A DNA stretch of 64,000 nt from contig JACKOY010000017.1 of NCBI GenBank assembly GCA_024233935.1, positions 27,096 to 91,095 of the forward strand, in the 5' to 3' direction. Made by a program: the position numbers and the translations under genes. The DNA is from Spirochaetales bacterium. GTDB taxonomy: Bacteria > Spirochaetota > Leptospiria > Leptospirales > Leptonemataceae. Below the pieces are notes generated by a model. That model did no database searches. It worked only from the letters and a program-made list of their open reading frames with translations, and was not told the DNA's origin. Positions 55,761-64,000 of the stretch are shown one piece after another (within the stretch, counting starts at the first letter, position 1; each line of letters begins with the position of its first letter).

Positions 55761-56184
55761 TCCGGACGTCGTGCTTCGCCTGCTGGCGCAAGGGCGCCGG
55801 CATATCGAAATTCTGCGCACCTATCAAAAGATGCCGCGGCCCGAATTCAGATCGGAAGCCGGACGCATGCTGGCCGTGTTGCATGGCCTGCAGATCACGA
55901 TTCAGTGTTTGATCGACCTTGCGTTGCATGTTAGTGCTGCCCTGGGCGAAATGCGCATTGAGACCTACGCCGATGCGGCCCGAGCGCTGGTCGATCTTGA
56001 GGTGTTATCAGCCGGGCAGGGTGAGACCATGCGTGCCATGGTGGGGTTGCGCAATCTAATTGTGCATGCCTACGCCGCGATAGACGAAGAACGGATTCTG
56101 AGTCTGCTGGACTCTGGCCTTGATGATCTGGCGGGTCTTCTGGACGCCATGGAGCGCGATCTGAAGAAGCGCGGCGCCTTTTAG
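55750..56184 (+). CDS. hepT: HEPN-domain toxin HepT (DUF86)
   Basis: ...GLRNLIVHAY is the HEPN R-x4-HxY motif. 144 aa. ATG at 55750 overlaps the mntA end by 11 nt. Confidence 0.7.
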   Translation: MPLDPDVVLRLLAQGRRHIEILRTYQKMPRPEFRSEAGRMLAVLHGLQITIQCLIDLALHVSAALGEMRIETYADAARALVDLEVLSAGQGETMRAMVGLRNLIVHAYAAIDEERILSLLDSGLDDLAGLLDAMERDLKKRGAF

Positions 56185-56241
56185 AGGCTGCAAAGTGTGC
56201 TTTTTGCTTGTCCGGCCGGGGCCCGCCGGCGCGGTACGTGT

Positions 56242-58482
56242 ATGCTTCGATTTTATGTGCCCGGGCTGTTTCGCCGACTGCTCGTGATTCTTTTGCCCGC
56301 TCTGCTTGTCGGCCTCGCCGCAGCCCTTCCGGTTTTGCTCCATTCGGAGGCGGTCCTCAGTGAAGGACACTTCCCGTCCGATCGCAGTCGGCCGCTGCCG
56401 GGACTTTTGCCGGCCACGCTATCGGCCCCGGCCACCGTCATGCCGGATTGGCTGCGCGAAGCGGCGCTGTTTGCGGACAGCGGCCCCAGCCTGGAACTCT
56501 TTGAGGAGGCCGACGACGACGATCGGGAAGCTTTCGAATCCGTGGCCCGCTTTTTTCCGGCGCAGTTTCCTGCGCAATCTGGCAACGCCGCCTCTTCTGC
56601 AACTTTCGCCACACTGAATTCACGCGCGTTCTGGCAATCCCGCCTGCGACCGATCTTCGTGCGTGCGATCGTGGATGCGGATCAAAACACCTGGCAGGCG
56701 TTGTCGTTGCGTTTCGGGGGCATCCTGCTGGTGGGGCCCCGGGGAGAAGTACGCCCGCTCACGGCGCTTCCGCAGCGCTTTTTGCCGGCCGAATACTCCG
56801 GGCCGCAACTGTACCGGGACGTGCTGGATCTATGGCAGAATCCCAAACGACCGCAGGAACTCTGGCTCATCAACAAGCACAATGTTCTGCGAAGCCTGGA
56901 CGGTGGAGAGAGTTTTACGGTGTTTGACGTGCCGGCCGTTGTTCGGCGCGCGACTTTGACCGCGATCAGCGCGCGTATTGATGCCGAAGGCAATGTCACG
57001 GATCTGTATCTGGGTTCTGCCCTGCGTGGAGTCACGCGTTGTGCTCCGGGCAATGCACTTTCCGGTTGCTACCAGATCTTGCGCGGGCTTCCCAATCTAC
57101 ATCATCAAGATGGCGCCTACTTCTATGAAGAAATTTCGGGTCTGGTGTATGACCAGGCCGGCGAACGATTGTTGGCCACCACCAGCTTTCAGCCGGGTCT
57201 GTTTGCTCTTGCGCGGGGCGCGGCGGCCTTCACGCGCATGGAACTGCCGGGTTTGAATCCGGAGATTCCCATTCAGAATCTGCTTTTCGATCCGGGCACG
57301 CGCACGGCCTGGATTTCTACCGAAGGCGGTCTGCTTTCGCAGAGTCTGGACGACGGTAGCTGGCATTCTTACCGATGGGAAAGCCTTAAGGCGGTGCGAC
57401 GGACCGAAGCCACTGTGTCGCGACCGATTTCCTGGACCTTTGCAACGACGATGCCGGGCGGCCGGATTGGTTTTACCCGCACCCGATCCCCCGCAGTCAT
57501 TCGCGCACCCCGCAACATACGGGCGCTGTACGTCTCACCCACCAGCGCCCGGGAGCGTCAGACCCAGGTGTTTGATTTGCTCGATCGTTTTCAAATGAAT
57601 GCGGTCGTAATCGACGTGAAAGATGACTACGGTCGTCTGGTCTACGGCAGCAATCTACCGGAAGCGGTCGAGATGAACAACCACCGACCGCTGGCGCCGA
57701 TTCGCGAACTGGTTGCCCGCCTGAAAGAACGCAACGTATACGTGATTGCGCGTCAGGTTGTGTTTAAGGATGCGCGGGCTTTCGCCTACCAGGGCAATCG
57801 CTACGCGATCATTGACCGCACGACCGGCGGCCCCTGGGCCTACGAAGAGGTCGAACGCTGGGTCGATACCTACGCCGAGTGGATACATAACTACAATGTG
57901 CGTGTCGCCCGGGAAGTGGTCGAACTCGGTTTTGATGAGGTGCAATTCGACTACATTCGTTTTCCCTCGGACGGTCCCATCGGCAACGGCCACTGGCGTT
58001 TCCGTCGGGGTGATGCGTATCGGTCCGAGGCGCTGGAGAGCTTTTTGATGAAGGCCCGATCGGAACTCAACGTGCCGATCAGCATCGACATCTATGGCTA
58101 TCATGCGATGTACCGGTCGGGGGCCGTTATCGGTCAGGATGTCGTGGACATGGGGGAGTTCGTCGATGTGGTTTCCCCGATGCACTATTCCTCCCACTTC
58201 GGCGACAACTACCTGGACCACATCCATCCCCGCGAGGCGCGCACCCACGAGCTTCTGAGGACGGGGGTGGAGCGGCCGATTCGCATCGGCTCCGGTCGCT
58301 TTCTGGTGCGCCCGTGGCTACAGGCCTTTCGAATGCGGACCGGACCCTGGGGTTGGGGCGAACCCTACATGGAAAGTCAGATGCTGGGCGCCATCGAAGG
58401 GGGCGCCGCCGGTTTCTTGTGGTGGGGGCCGATTCAGGATTTCTACATGCCGGGTCGCGTTCAGGCCCGCATTTTCCAGTAA
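56242..58482 (+). CDS. Membrane-anchored putative glycoside-hydrolase-like TIM-barrel protein (DUF4015-like C-terminal domain)
   Basis: N-terminal TM (LLVILLPALLVGLAAALPVLL). The C-terminal region ...AVVIDVKDDYGRLVY..., ...ELGFDEVQFDYIRFP... resembles the DUF4015/GHL-type predicted hydrolases. Tentative. Confidence 0.4.
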   Translation: MLRFYVPGLFRRLLVILLPALLVGLAAALPVLLHSEAVLSEGHFPSDRSRPLPGLLPATLSAPATVMPDWLREAALFADSGPSLELFEEADDDDREAFESVARFFPAQFPAQSGNAASSATFATLNSRAFWQSRLRPIFVRAIVDADQNTWQALSLRFGGILLVGPRGEVRPLTALPQRFLPAEYSGPQLYRDVLDLWQNPKRPQELWLINKHNVLRSLDGGESFTVFDVPAVVRRATLTAISARIDAEGNVTDLYLGSALRGVTRCAPGNALSGCYQILRGLPNLHHQDGAYFYEEISGLVYDQAGERLLATTSFQPGLFALARGAAAFTRMELPGLNPEIPIQNLLFDPGTRTAWISTEGGLLSQSLDDGSWHSYRWESLKAVRRTEATVSRPISWTFATTMPGGRIGFTRTRSPAVIRAPRNIRALYVSPTSARERQTQVFDLLDRFQMNAVVIDVKDDYGRLVYGSNLPEAVEMNNHRPLAPIRELVARLKERNVYVIARQVVFKDARAFAYQGNRYAIIDRTTGGPWAYEEVERWVDTYAEWIHNYNVRVAREVVELGFDEVQFDYIRFPSDGPIGNGHWRFRRGDAYRSEALESFLMKARSELNVPISIDIYGYHAMYRSGAVIGQDVVDMGEFVDVVSPMHYSSHFGDNYLDHIHPREARTHELLRTGVERPIRIGSGRFLVRPWLQAFRMRTGPWGWGEPYMESQMLGAIEGGAAGFLWWGPIQDFYMPGRVQARIFQ

Positions 58483-58492
58483 AAGGAAGGCC

Positions 58493-58732
58493 TCAGCGTC
58501 GCTGACGGCTTTTTTTCGGGGCGCCTTTGGTCTCTGGCGCTTGCGGCCCCAGAGCTTCCAGCGCAAAGCCGTAGCTGGCCTGATTTTGCAGGCGGTCTTC
58601 GAGCAGTCCGGCCTCAAGTTTGGCCAGGCGATCCCGGATACGCTTGTCGCGGGCCAGCGCCATGCGCAGCTGCGGATCCTCGTTTCGTCCGAGGGCGTAA
58701 TTCATGAGCTCTGCGTCAGTCACGGGCTTCAC
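58493..58732 (-). CDS. Hypothetical small basic protein (79 aa)
   Basis: The ORF only; convergent with the upstream gene. Confidence 0.2.
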   Translation of the reverse strand: MKPVTDAELMNYALGRNEDPQLRMALARDKRIRDRLAKLEAGLLEDRLQNQASYGFALEALGPQAPETKGAPKKSRQRR

Positions 58733-58894
58733 AGCTTTATTATTATCGTTCCTGCGCCCCGGCTGCCCATTGATTTTTCCGGTTTGGGGTCGGTCGCTCC
58801 GAAAGCCACTTGACGCCGGCGGGAACGGGCAGTGCTCTTGTTCTTTATATAAAGACTTTCAGCTTTACCATGCGAACAAGATTGGGGGGACACA

Positions 58895-59794
58895 ATGATG
58901 GGGGACGAATCACGCCTCGTCGATATCGATGAACTGGCCGCCTCGCGCCAGAAACCGGAGCGCGCATCGGAACGAGCCCGGGCAAATCTGCTCTGGCGGG
59001 TTCTGCGCCGACAGCCCGAAATCGCTGCCGGTCGTGTGCGGGTTATTCGCGAGCACTTTCTACGGGTCATAGCGAGCAAGCCGACGGACTTCTTCGGCGC
59101 CGCCGAGGGTGATTTTCGGGCCCACCTCGGTGAAGTGCTGTTTGGGGATGGCGCCCGTCCGGATTTTGCGGCGGCTTTGCTTCTGCGCGTCTACGGGGCC
59201 TATCAAAAAGAAGAAGGGTACCTTGAGGGTCGCAAGGAAGACTTCACGTTTGATGTGCTCTTCCAGGCCATTGAGCATCTTGGCCTGAACCGCAGCAATG
59301 AGTCCGAGGCCTCCCTTCTGGCCGGAGGAGCGCTGACCGGCAACGATCGCGACCGCATTCTGGCTTACTTCCGGGCTTATAACGACCTGGCTCGCCGCAT
59401 GTCCCTGGCAGGCCCCCCGCGGGCGCTCATGGATGATCGTGAGGCGATCGTGGACGAAATTGCGGCCCGCAATCCGCTGATCACCATATCCGGATTGGAT
59501 GGCATGTTTCGTTATCAACTCGCCCAGATTCTGCTTTCGCAGAAGTACGCCTGTCACGATCTTCTGAAGCTGTGGTGTCGCGAGTATGGTTTCGAGCCCG
59601 ACGCCATTGAGCGTGTGCAAAATTATATTCCGGACAATGCCCCCTTGCACGATTTTCGCACACATTACGCAAAGGCCATCAAACGCTTCCGGGACGACCA
59701 GGGCGCCGATGATCTGGATATTCTGCTTCTGCGCACGCTCGCGAACTACTTCACATCCTGGGTGATGGGCGTTTCGGAAAAGATACCGGCCTGA
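58895..59794 (+). CDS. Hypothetical protein (299 aa)
   Basis: ATG-initiated ORF with coding-like composition. No domain recognised. Confidence 0.4.
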   Translation: MMGDESRLVDIDELAASRQKPERASERARANLLWRVLRRQPEIAAGRVRVIREHFLRVIASKPTDFFGAAEGDFRAHLGEVLFGDGARPDFAAALLLRVYGAYQKEEGYLEGRKEDFTFDVLFQAIEHLGLNRSNESEASLLAGGALTGNDRDRILAYFRAYNDLARRMSLAGPPRALMDDREAIVDEIAARNPLITISGLDGMFRYQLAQILLSQKYACHDLLKLWCREYGFEPDAIERVQNYIPDNAPLHDFRTHYAKAIKRFRDDQGADDLDILLLRTLANYFTSWVMGVSEKIPA

Positions 59795-59972
59795 GCAGGA
59801 GCGAACGGCAGGCTTCGGTCTGGTTCTTTCGTGCCCGCGCGCAAACCGCTTAACCTCCGATCGGAGTAGTTTCCAGTTTCCCCTGATTGGTCTGAAAGGC
59901 GACCGTGCGGTTTGGCATGAGTCCCCGGCCGATTCCGTTCCTGACGCGAAAGTGGCATTTGTGCTGAAGGCC

Positions 59973-61091
59973 CTACCCACCTTCCTCATCCACCGACTGA
60001 TTCGGAATGATCCCCGAACCGTGAACACCGCCTACAGCTTGCATATTCCCATGGTCGGCCCGGGCGGTGCGACGGGCGCGGAACTCCATGGGCGTCAGGC
60101 CGGTGTGCTCCTTGAAGGCCCGATGAAACGGGCCCATCGAACCGTAACCCAGACGGGGAGCGAGTCGGGAGACCGGGAGGTCGGGCGTGTCCACCAGCAT
60201 CCGGCAGGCCTCCTCAATACGATAGCGGTTGAGGAAGTCGTTGAAGTTGCGATACCCCAGCGTTTGGTTAATGAGCCGGCGCAAACGATATTCCTGGGTG
60301 GCAAGCTGTACCGCCAACTTGCGGATCGTGAGTCCCTCCGCCCGGTAGGCGCACTCTTCCTCCATGGAACGCCGTAAGGCATTGCGCAGGGTGGCGTCCT
60401 TGTCGGCGGCCGCGGTTCGCGGGGCTGCCGACACATCGAGAAAGCCCGGCCGCATCTGCAAGAGCACGAGCGAAAGGGTGATCGTACCGAGGTAGAGGAG
60501 AGCCGGAGTCGAAGCGGAAATCAGGGGGCCCCGTTCGGGCAACTGGAGGATTAATCGCGCCACGACGAACAGCAAAAGCAGAAGCGCCCCGATCCCGAGC
60601 TGATGCACTCGCATGCGACGTCTCCACTCTAGCAGGTCCGCGTTCAGCGTGCCCAGCCCAACGACCAGCGAAGAAGCAATGAAAGCCGCAGCAACGCACG
60701 AACCGAATACCGCACACCACCAGCCGATCGCGCGGGCACTGCCGCGTGCCGCAGGGCCCAGGTCGGCAGGCCACCACCACAGAGCCGTCAAGACGGCGAG
60801 GCTCAGGATAAAAAGCCCCGAATGCCACCATCGCAGACGAAATCGCTCGAGAAACACTGTTTCGGAAAACCACCAAAATAAGAATGCAACCGTGGGTGGA
60901 AGTACCGCCGAAGCCCAGCCTGCAGGCGAGCTGCCCTCCGAGATATAGGGAAGCAGGACCTCCAGTACCAACAACAGGCACATCGCCAGAACCTGAATGG
61001 CACCGCGGGCGCGTCGGTAGCGCGCAAGAAACAGCATGAGCAACAGCAACAGATGCGACACCGACAAAAACCGAAATACGTCCGAAACCAT
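59973..61091 (-). CDS. AraC-family transcriptional regulator with N-terminal multi-TM sensor region
   Basis: C-terminal double HTH: ...LTIRKLAVQLATQEYRLRRLINQTLGYRNFNDFLNRYRIEEACRML... and ...VSRLAPRLGYGSMGPFHRAFKEHTGLTPMEFR. Six or more TM helices upstream. ATG at 61091 chosen to avoid overlap. Confidence 0.7.
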   Translation of the reverse strand: MVSDVFRFLSVSHLLLLLMLFLARYRRARGAIQVLAMCLLLVLEVLLPYISEGSSPAGWASAVLPPTVAFLFWWFSETVFLERFRLRWWHSGLFILSLAVLTALWWWPADLGPAARGSARAIGWWCAVFGSCVAAAFIASSLVVGLGTLNADLLEWRRRMRVHQLGIGALLLLLFVVARLILQLPERGPLISASTPALLYLGTITLSLVLLQMRPGFLDVSAAPRTAAADKDATLRNALRRSMEEECAYRAEGLTIRKLAVQLATQEYRLRRLINQTLGYRNFNDFLNRYRIEEACRMLVDTPDLPVSRLAPRLGYGSMGPFHRAFKEHTGLTPMEFRARRTARADHGNMQAVGGVHGSGIIPNQSVDEEGG

Positions 61092-61134
61092 GGCCAGGCC
61101 GTGATCGTCCTTTGCTCTCCGGGGGTTTACAAGC

Positions 61135-61911
61135 TCAAAACGAACCGGTTTCGACCTCATCGGCTTCCTGGATGTCGGGGAATGCCCGGTAGATTTCGCG
61201 GGCATCTACTGGGCCCCAATGCCCAACCCAGAAGAGCACGTAGCCCTCCTGTAGCAAACGGGCCAGATTCGTGCGCCACAAAGAACGATCCTTGTGGAAG
61301 AAGTGTTCGGTCGGAACGTTGGCATTGGTCATTGAGCCGCGGATCAGATCTCCAACGACCGCCTCCCGATCGTTCAGCAGCACGACCAGGGATCCATCCG
61401 TGTGACCGGGCATCGGGCGTACCGTGGCCGCAAGGCCGTACTCCTCAAGGGAACGCTCGTTCTCAACGAGGATGTTCGGGCGAAACGGACGGTACGTCTT
61501 GTTCGACAAGAGCTTTACAAAGTACGCAAATAGACTGGTCGGCTTGAGCTCGTCGTTGTGGCCCGACATGCACATGCTCAGGTCTCCCGCCCCCGCCATG
61601 ATCGGAATGTGGTATGTGCTCTGGAAGTACGGCGCAGCGCCGGCGTGATCGCCGTGGCAGTGGGTCAGCACGATCAGCTTCACATCCTGCACGCGATGTC
61701 CCGTGCTACGAATTGCCTCTTCGATTTCCTGTTCCGCCCCCGCCACGCTCGTATCGATGAGGACCAACCCCGAGTGACCCTGCACCAGATAGACATTGGC
61801 TATGCCGATTTCGAACTTCGTCACGGGCGAATGTTCGATCAGCGCCTGTGACGAGGGCGCGAGACCCGCGCAGGCGGCAGCCAGCAAAGAGGGCACGCAC
61901 ACCAAAACCAT
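61135..61911 (-). CDS. MBL-fold metallo-hydrolase, secreted/lipoprotein
   Basis: Signal peptide MVLVCVPSLLAAACAG. HxHxDH motif LTHCHGDHAG. 258 aa from ATG 61911. Confidence 0.7.
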   Translation of the reverse strand: MVLVCVPSLLAAACAGLAPSSQALIEHSPVTKFEIGIANVYLVQGHSGLVLIDTSVAGAEQEIEEAIRSTGHRVQDVKLIVLTHCHGDHAGAAPYFQSTYHIPIMAGAGDLSMCMSGHNDELKPTSLFAYFVKLLSNKTYRPFRPNILVENERSLEEYGLAATVRPMPGHTDGSLVVLLNDREAVVGDLIRGSMTNANVPTEHFFHKDRSLWRTNLARLLQEGYVLFWVGHWGPVDAREIYRAFPDIQEADEVETGSF

Positions 61912-62024
61912 GCGGATCAAAGCGCCGCGCGCAACCGCGCCGGGGCGGCTAACGGCATACAGCCGGGGCGTCGGCGCGGTCCGGCTGCGTGCGCGGGCCC
62001 GGAGTGAGCCTCCAGCGGCCGCGC

Positions 62025-62447
62025 TCACTGCACTCTCCGGCCGAAACCCAGCACCCAGAATCCAACGCCACCCAGAGAAGGCAGCACGACAAAAATCGAA
62101 AGAGCCAGAAAGACCAGGTCGTTTGTAACGACGCCGGTCCAATCAATCCCGCGCACGTGGAGTGCCGCTTTGATGGCGGTGAGGAGCCAGTTGGCATAGT
62201 TGGCCACGACGAGCAGCACGGCAATGCGTCCCGCGCCGATCGATCCGTACTTCAGGTGCGGAAGTGACTGGGCAAATCCAAACAAGAGAAAGGCTCCCAT
62301 CAGGGCATTGAGATGCGATGCCAGCGCCGTCTGTCCGTCAATGGCGATCTTGCCCGTCATCCCTGCCGAGACGTATATGCCGGTCAGGAGCCCCAGGAGG
62401 AGCAGCAATGCCGCCGAACGCAACAGTTGAATTCGTATCCGTTCCAT
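62025..62447 (-). CDS. Hypothetical 4-TM membrane protein (140 aa)
   Basis: From ATG 62447 (MERIRIQLL...); four hydrophobic helices. Confidence 0.4.
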   Translation of the reverse strand: MERIRIQLLRSAALLLLLGLLTGIYVSAGMTGKIAIDGQTALASHLNALMGAFLLFGFAQSLPHLKYGSIGAGRIAVLLVVANYANWLLTAIKAALHVRGIDWTGVVTNDLVFLALSIFVVLPSLGGVGFWVLGFGRRVQ

Positions 62448-62874
62448 AGATGAAAAGCGTATCACGAGTTGCCGGCCCGGTCCATAGGCAGGACTAAAAT
62501 CGCCATGTCGATTTCGAAATCGAGACACTCTTTGATCCGGGACCCGTGCAATAATGCGCATATGCAATGGAAACCAGCAAATCTGCACGCGGTCGCAGTT
62601 CATGAAACGCTGCTCATGCGAACCAACTGCGGTTCGCCTTTGCCGAGCACGCCGGGCCACTGCGGCGAGGAGCTTCGTCAGCTGATCCCCCGTTGCGACG
62701 ACTTGTCCGGCACGCTCGCCGATCTCGCACCGCGGCGGGCCGCTTTTGAGCCTTGCGGGCTATGGCCTGGTCGTTTGGGCGTGGCCGGTAGCGTCAAGCG
62801 GGTGTCTCGCCAATCTAGCGTCGCCTCGTGAAGCGGCCGGCATTGCGGTTGTGGTGCACGCCAACTCTGCCCCG

Positions 62875-64000
62875 CTAATCGGGGATTTTGCGCGAGCGCA
62901 TGATTTTTGAATAAAGTTTTGCAGACTCCCGCGGGCTTCGCTTCTGACTTTCAAAGTCCACGTGAACGAGACCGAACCGGGCCGTGTAACCCTCGGCCCA
63001 TTCGAAGTTGTCCATAAACGACCAGTGGTAGTACCCTTCCACCGGGATGCCGGCCTCCAGGGCCCGGAGCACCTGACGCAGGTGATCCATTAAGAACTGC
63101 GACCGTCGCGCATCGACCGCGTCGGCGATCCCGTTTTCGGTGATGCGTATGGGCAGGCTGTAACGCTCGTGAGTCTGCTTGAGCAGGCGAAACAAACCCT
63201 CCGGGTAGATCTCCCACTGAAGATCGTTGCGCGGATTCTCGGGATGGGTTTCGATTTTGATGAACAGGGTTCCGGGTTTGGTCAGAGAAAAGCTGATAAT
63301 ATCACGCGTGTAATAGTTCAGGCCAAAGAAATCCCAGGCCTGGCCATCGTGCACGCGCTCTTCGGCGCCCAGAGGCGGCAAAAGGCAACCGGAGTGGAGC
63401 GAGTCCGTAAACACATGGTTAAATCTTCTGTCAGCCTCGCGCGCCCGGTCCAGATCCAGGGCGTTGGTGCTGTCTTTGGGGTCCATCACGCGCAGATGTT
63501 TTGCAATCGAGATCGAAGGATGTTTCCAGTTTTTGGCGGCGTGAATCTCTCGAATGCGATCATACGCGTGAAAATGGGCGATCAGCATATTACGCTGCAC
63601 GCGCAGGGAGTTCAGGTAGCCGGAAATTCCCCGCTTCCCGGGGGGCCAGCGACCGTCCATGTATGCCAGAACCGCGTACACGTTGGGCTCGTTAAAGGTA
63701 ATGTACTCCTCAACCAGATCTCCTACGCCCTCGACAATGAAATTCACGAAGGCGTAAAATTCGGGTAGGTTTTCAGTTTTGGTCCATCCGCCCTTTTCCA
63801 ACCACCAGTAGGGCAACACAAAATGATTCAGGGTCAGAAGCGGACGGATGCGTTTTGCCCGCAGGCTGCCAAGCATCTTGCGAAAGTGTTCCAGAGCGAG
63901 AATGTCGAAAGGCGCGCCGGGGGCCGGTTGAAAACGAGACCAATCTACGCCCAGGCGGTACGCCTGATGACCCATGGACTTCATGAGTTTGAAGTCTTCG
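62875..64000 (-). CDS. Glycoside hydrolase family 1 beta-glucosidase (N-terminus beyond window end)
   Basis: Catalytic nucleophile motif ITENG. Acid/base motif TFNEPN (NEP). The first listed Met is internal; alignment position (~residue 70 of a typical GH1) implies the gene continues past 64000. Confidence 0.8.
   Translation of the reverse strand, partial: EDFKLMKSMGHQAYRLGVDWSRFQPAPGAPFDILALEHFRKMLGSLRAKRIRPLLTLNHFVLPYWWLEKGGWTKTENLPEFYAFVNFIVEGVGDLVEEYITFNEPNVYAVLAYMDGRWPPGKRGISGYLNSLRVQRNMLIAHFHAYDRIREIHAAKNWKHPSISIAKHLRVMDPKDSTNALDLDRAREADRRFNHVFTDSLHSGCLLPPLGAEERVHDGQAWDFFGLNYYTRDIISFSLTKPGTLFIKIETHPENPRNDLQWEIYPEGLFRLLKQTHERYSLPIRITENGIADAVDARRSQFLMDHLRQVLRALEAGIPVEGYYHWSFMDNFEWAEGYTARFGLVHVDFESQKRSPRESAKLYSKIMRSRKIPD

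Noticed and set aside
1-64000. Searched the intergenic spaces for tRNA/rRNA genes, CRISPR repeats, integrases/transposases and attachment-site-like direct repeats flanking the restriction-modification island.
   Set aside because: - None of the intergenic regions fold into tRNA-like cloverleaves by eye.
- No regularly spaced short repeats.
- No integrase or transposase ORF.
- The only island-associated repeat is the 32-nt hsdM/GmrSD 3'-end duplication.
- Island GC is similar to the flanks, so recent foreign origin cannot be claimed from composition.

Overview
This is a high-GC (~60%) bacterial chromosomal segment with dense coding on both strands. I see no rRNA, tRNA, CRISPR array, integrase or transposase in it.

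Housekeeping genes are interspersed with a striking load of signalling proteins:
- Housekeeping: trpC, gltA, purM, rlmN, a nitroreductase, an SDR, GNATs, a GST-like protein and an RND permease.
- Signalling: three class III adenylate/guanylate cyclases, two 7TM-DISM sensors (one a histidine kinase-receiver-PP2C hybrid), and WYL and AraC regulators.
- Many predicted lipoproteins.

The centrepiece is an ~11.8 kb unidirectional defence island on the minus strand (29.7-41.1 kb): an EcoKI-like type I restriction-modification operon, hsdM ... hsdS ... hsdR, carrying three nested accessory modules between its subunit genes:
- a GmrSD-like DUF262/DUF1524 type IV enzyme plus a translationally coupled 212-aa orphan;
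- an XRE-HTH/ImmA metallopeptidase plus a DUF4411 PIN-like pair;
- a VapBC pair.

hsdM and the GmrSD-like gene share a near-identical 32-nt 3' end that encodes the same C-terminal nonapeptide. That looks like a recombination scar left by cassette insertion. The island is bounded on one side by a ParB-like nuclease-domain gene that is translationally coupled to gltA.

Other notable loci:
- an ArsS-type radical SAM / AhpD-like pair without arsM, next to a small Cys-rich lipopeptide;
- a fused double DUF1538 membrane protein with a tandem P-II-like partner;
- a decayed acyl-CoA dehydrogenase pseudogene;
- two further toxin-antitoxin pairs (VapBC, HepT/MntA);
- paralogous small lipoproteins flanking a Gly-rich secreted protein.

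The ORF track reports the longest possible ORF including GTG/TTG starts. Where I give an internal start, it was placed by residue index and local sequence. Many long antisense ORFs are GC-driven artefacts.
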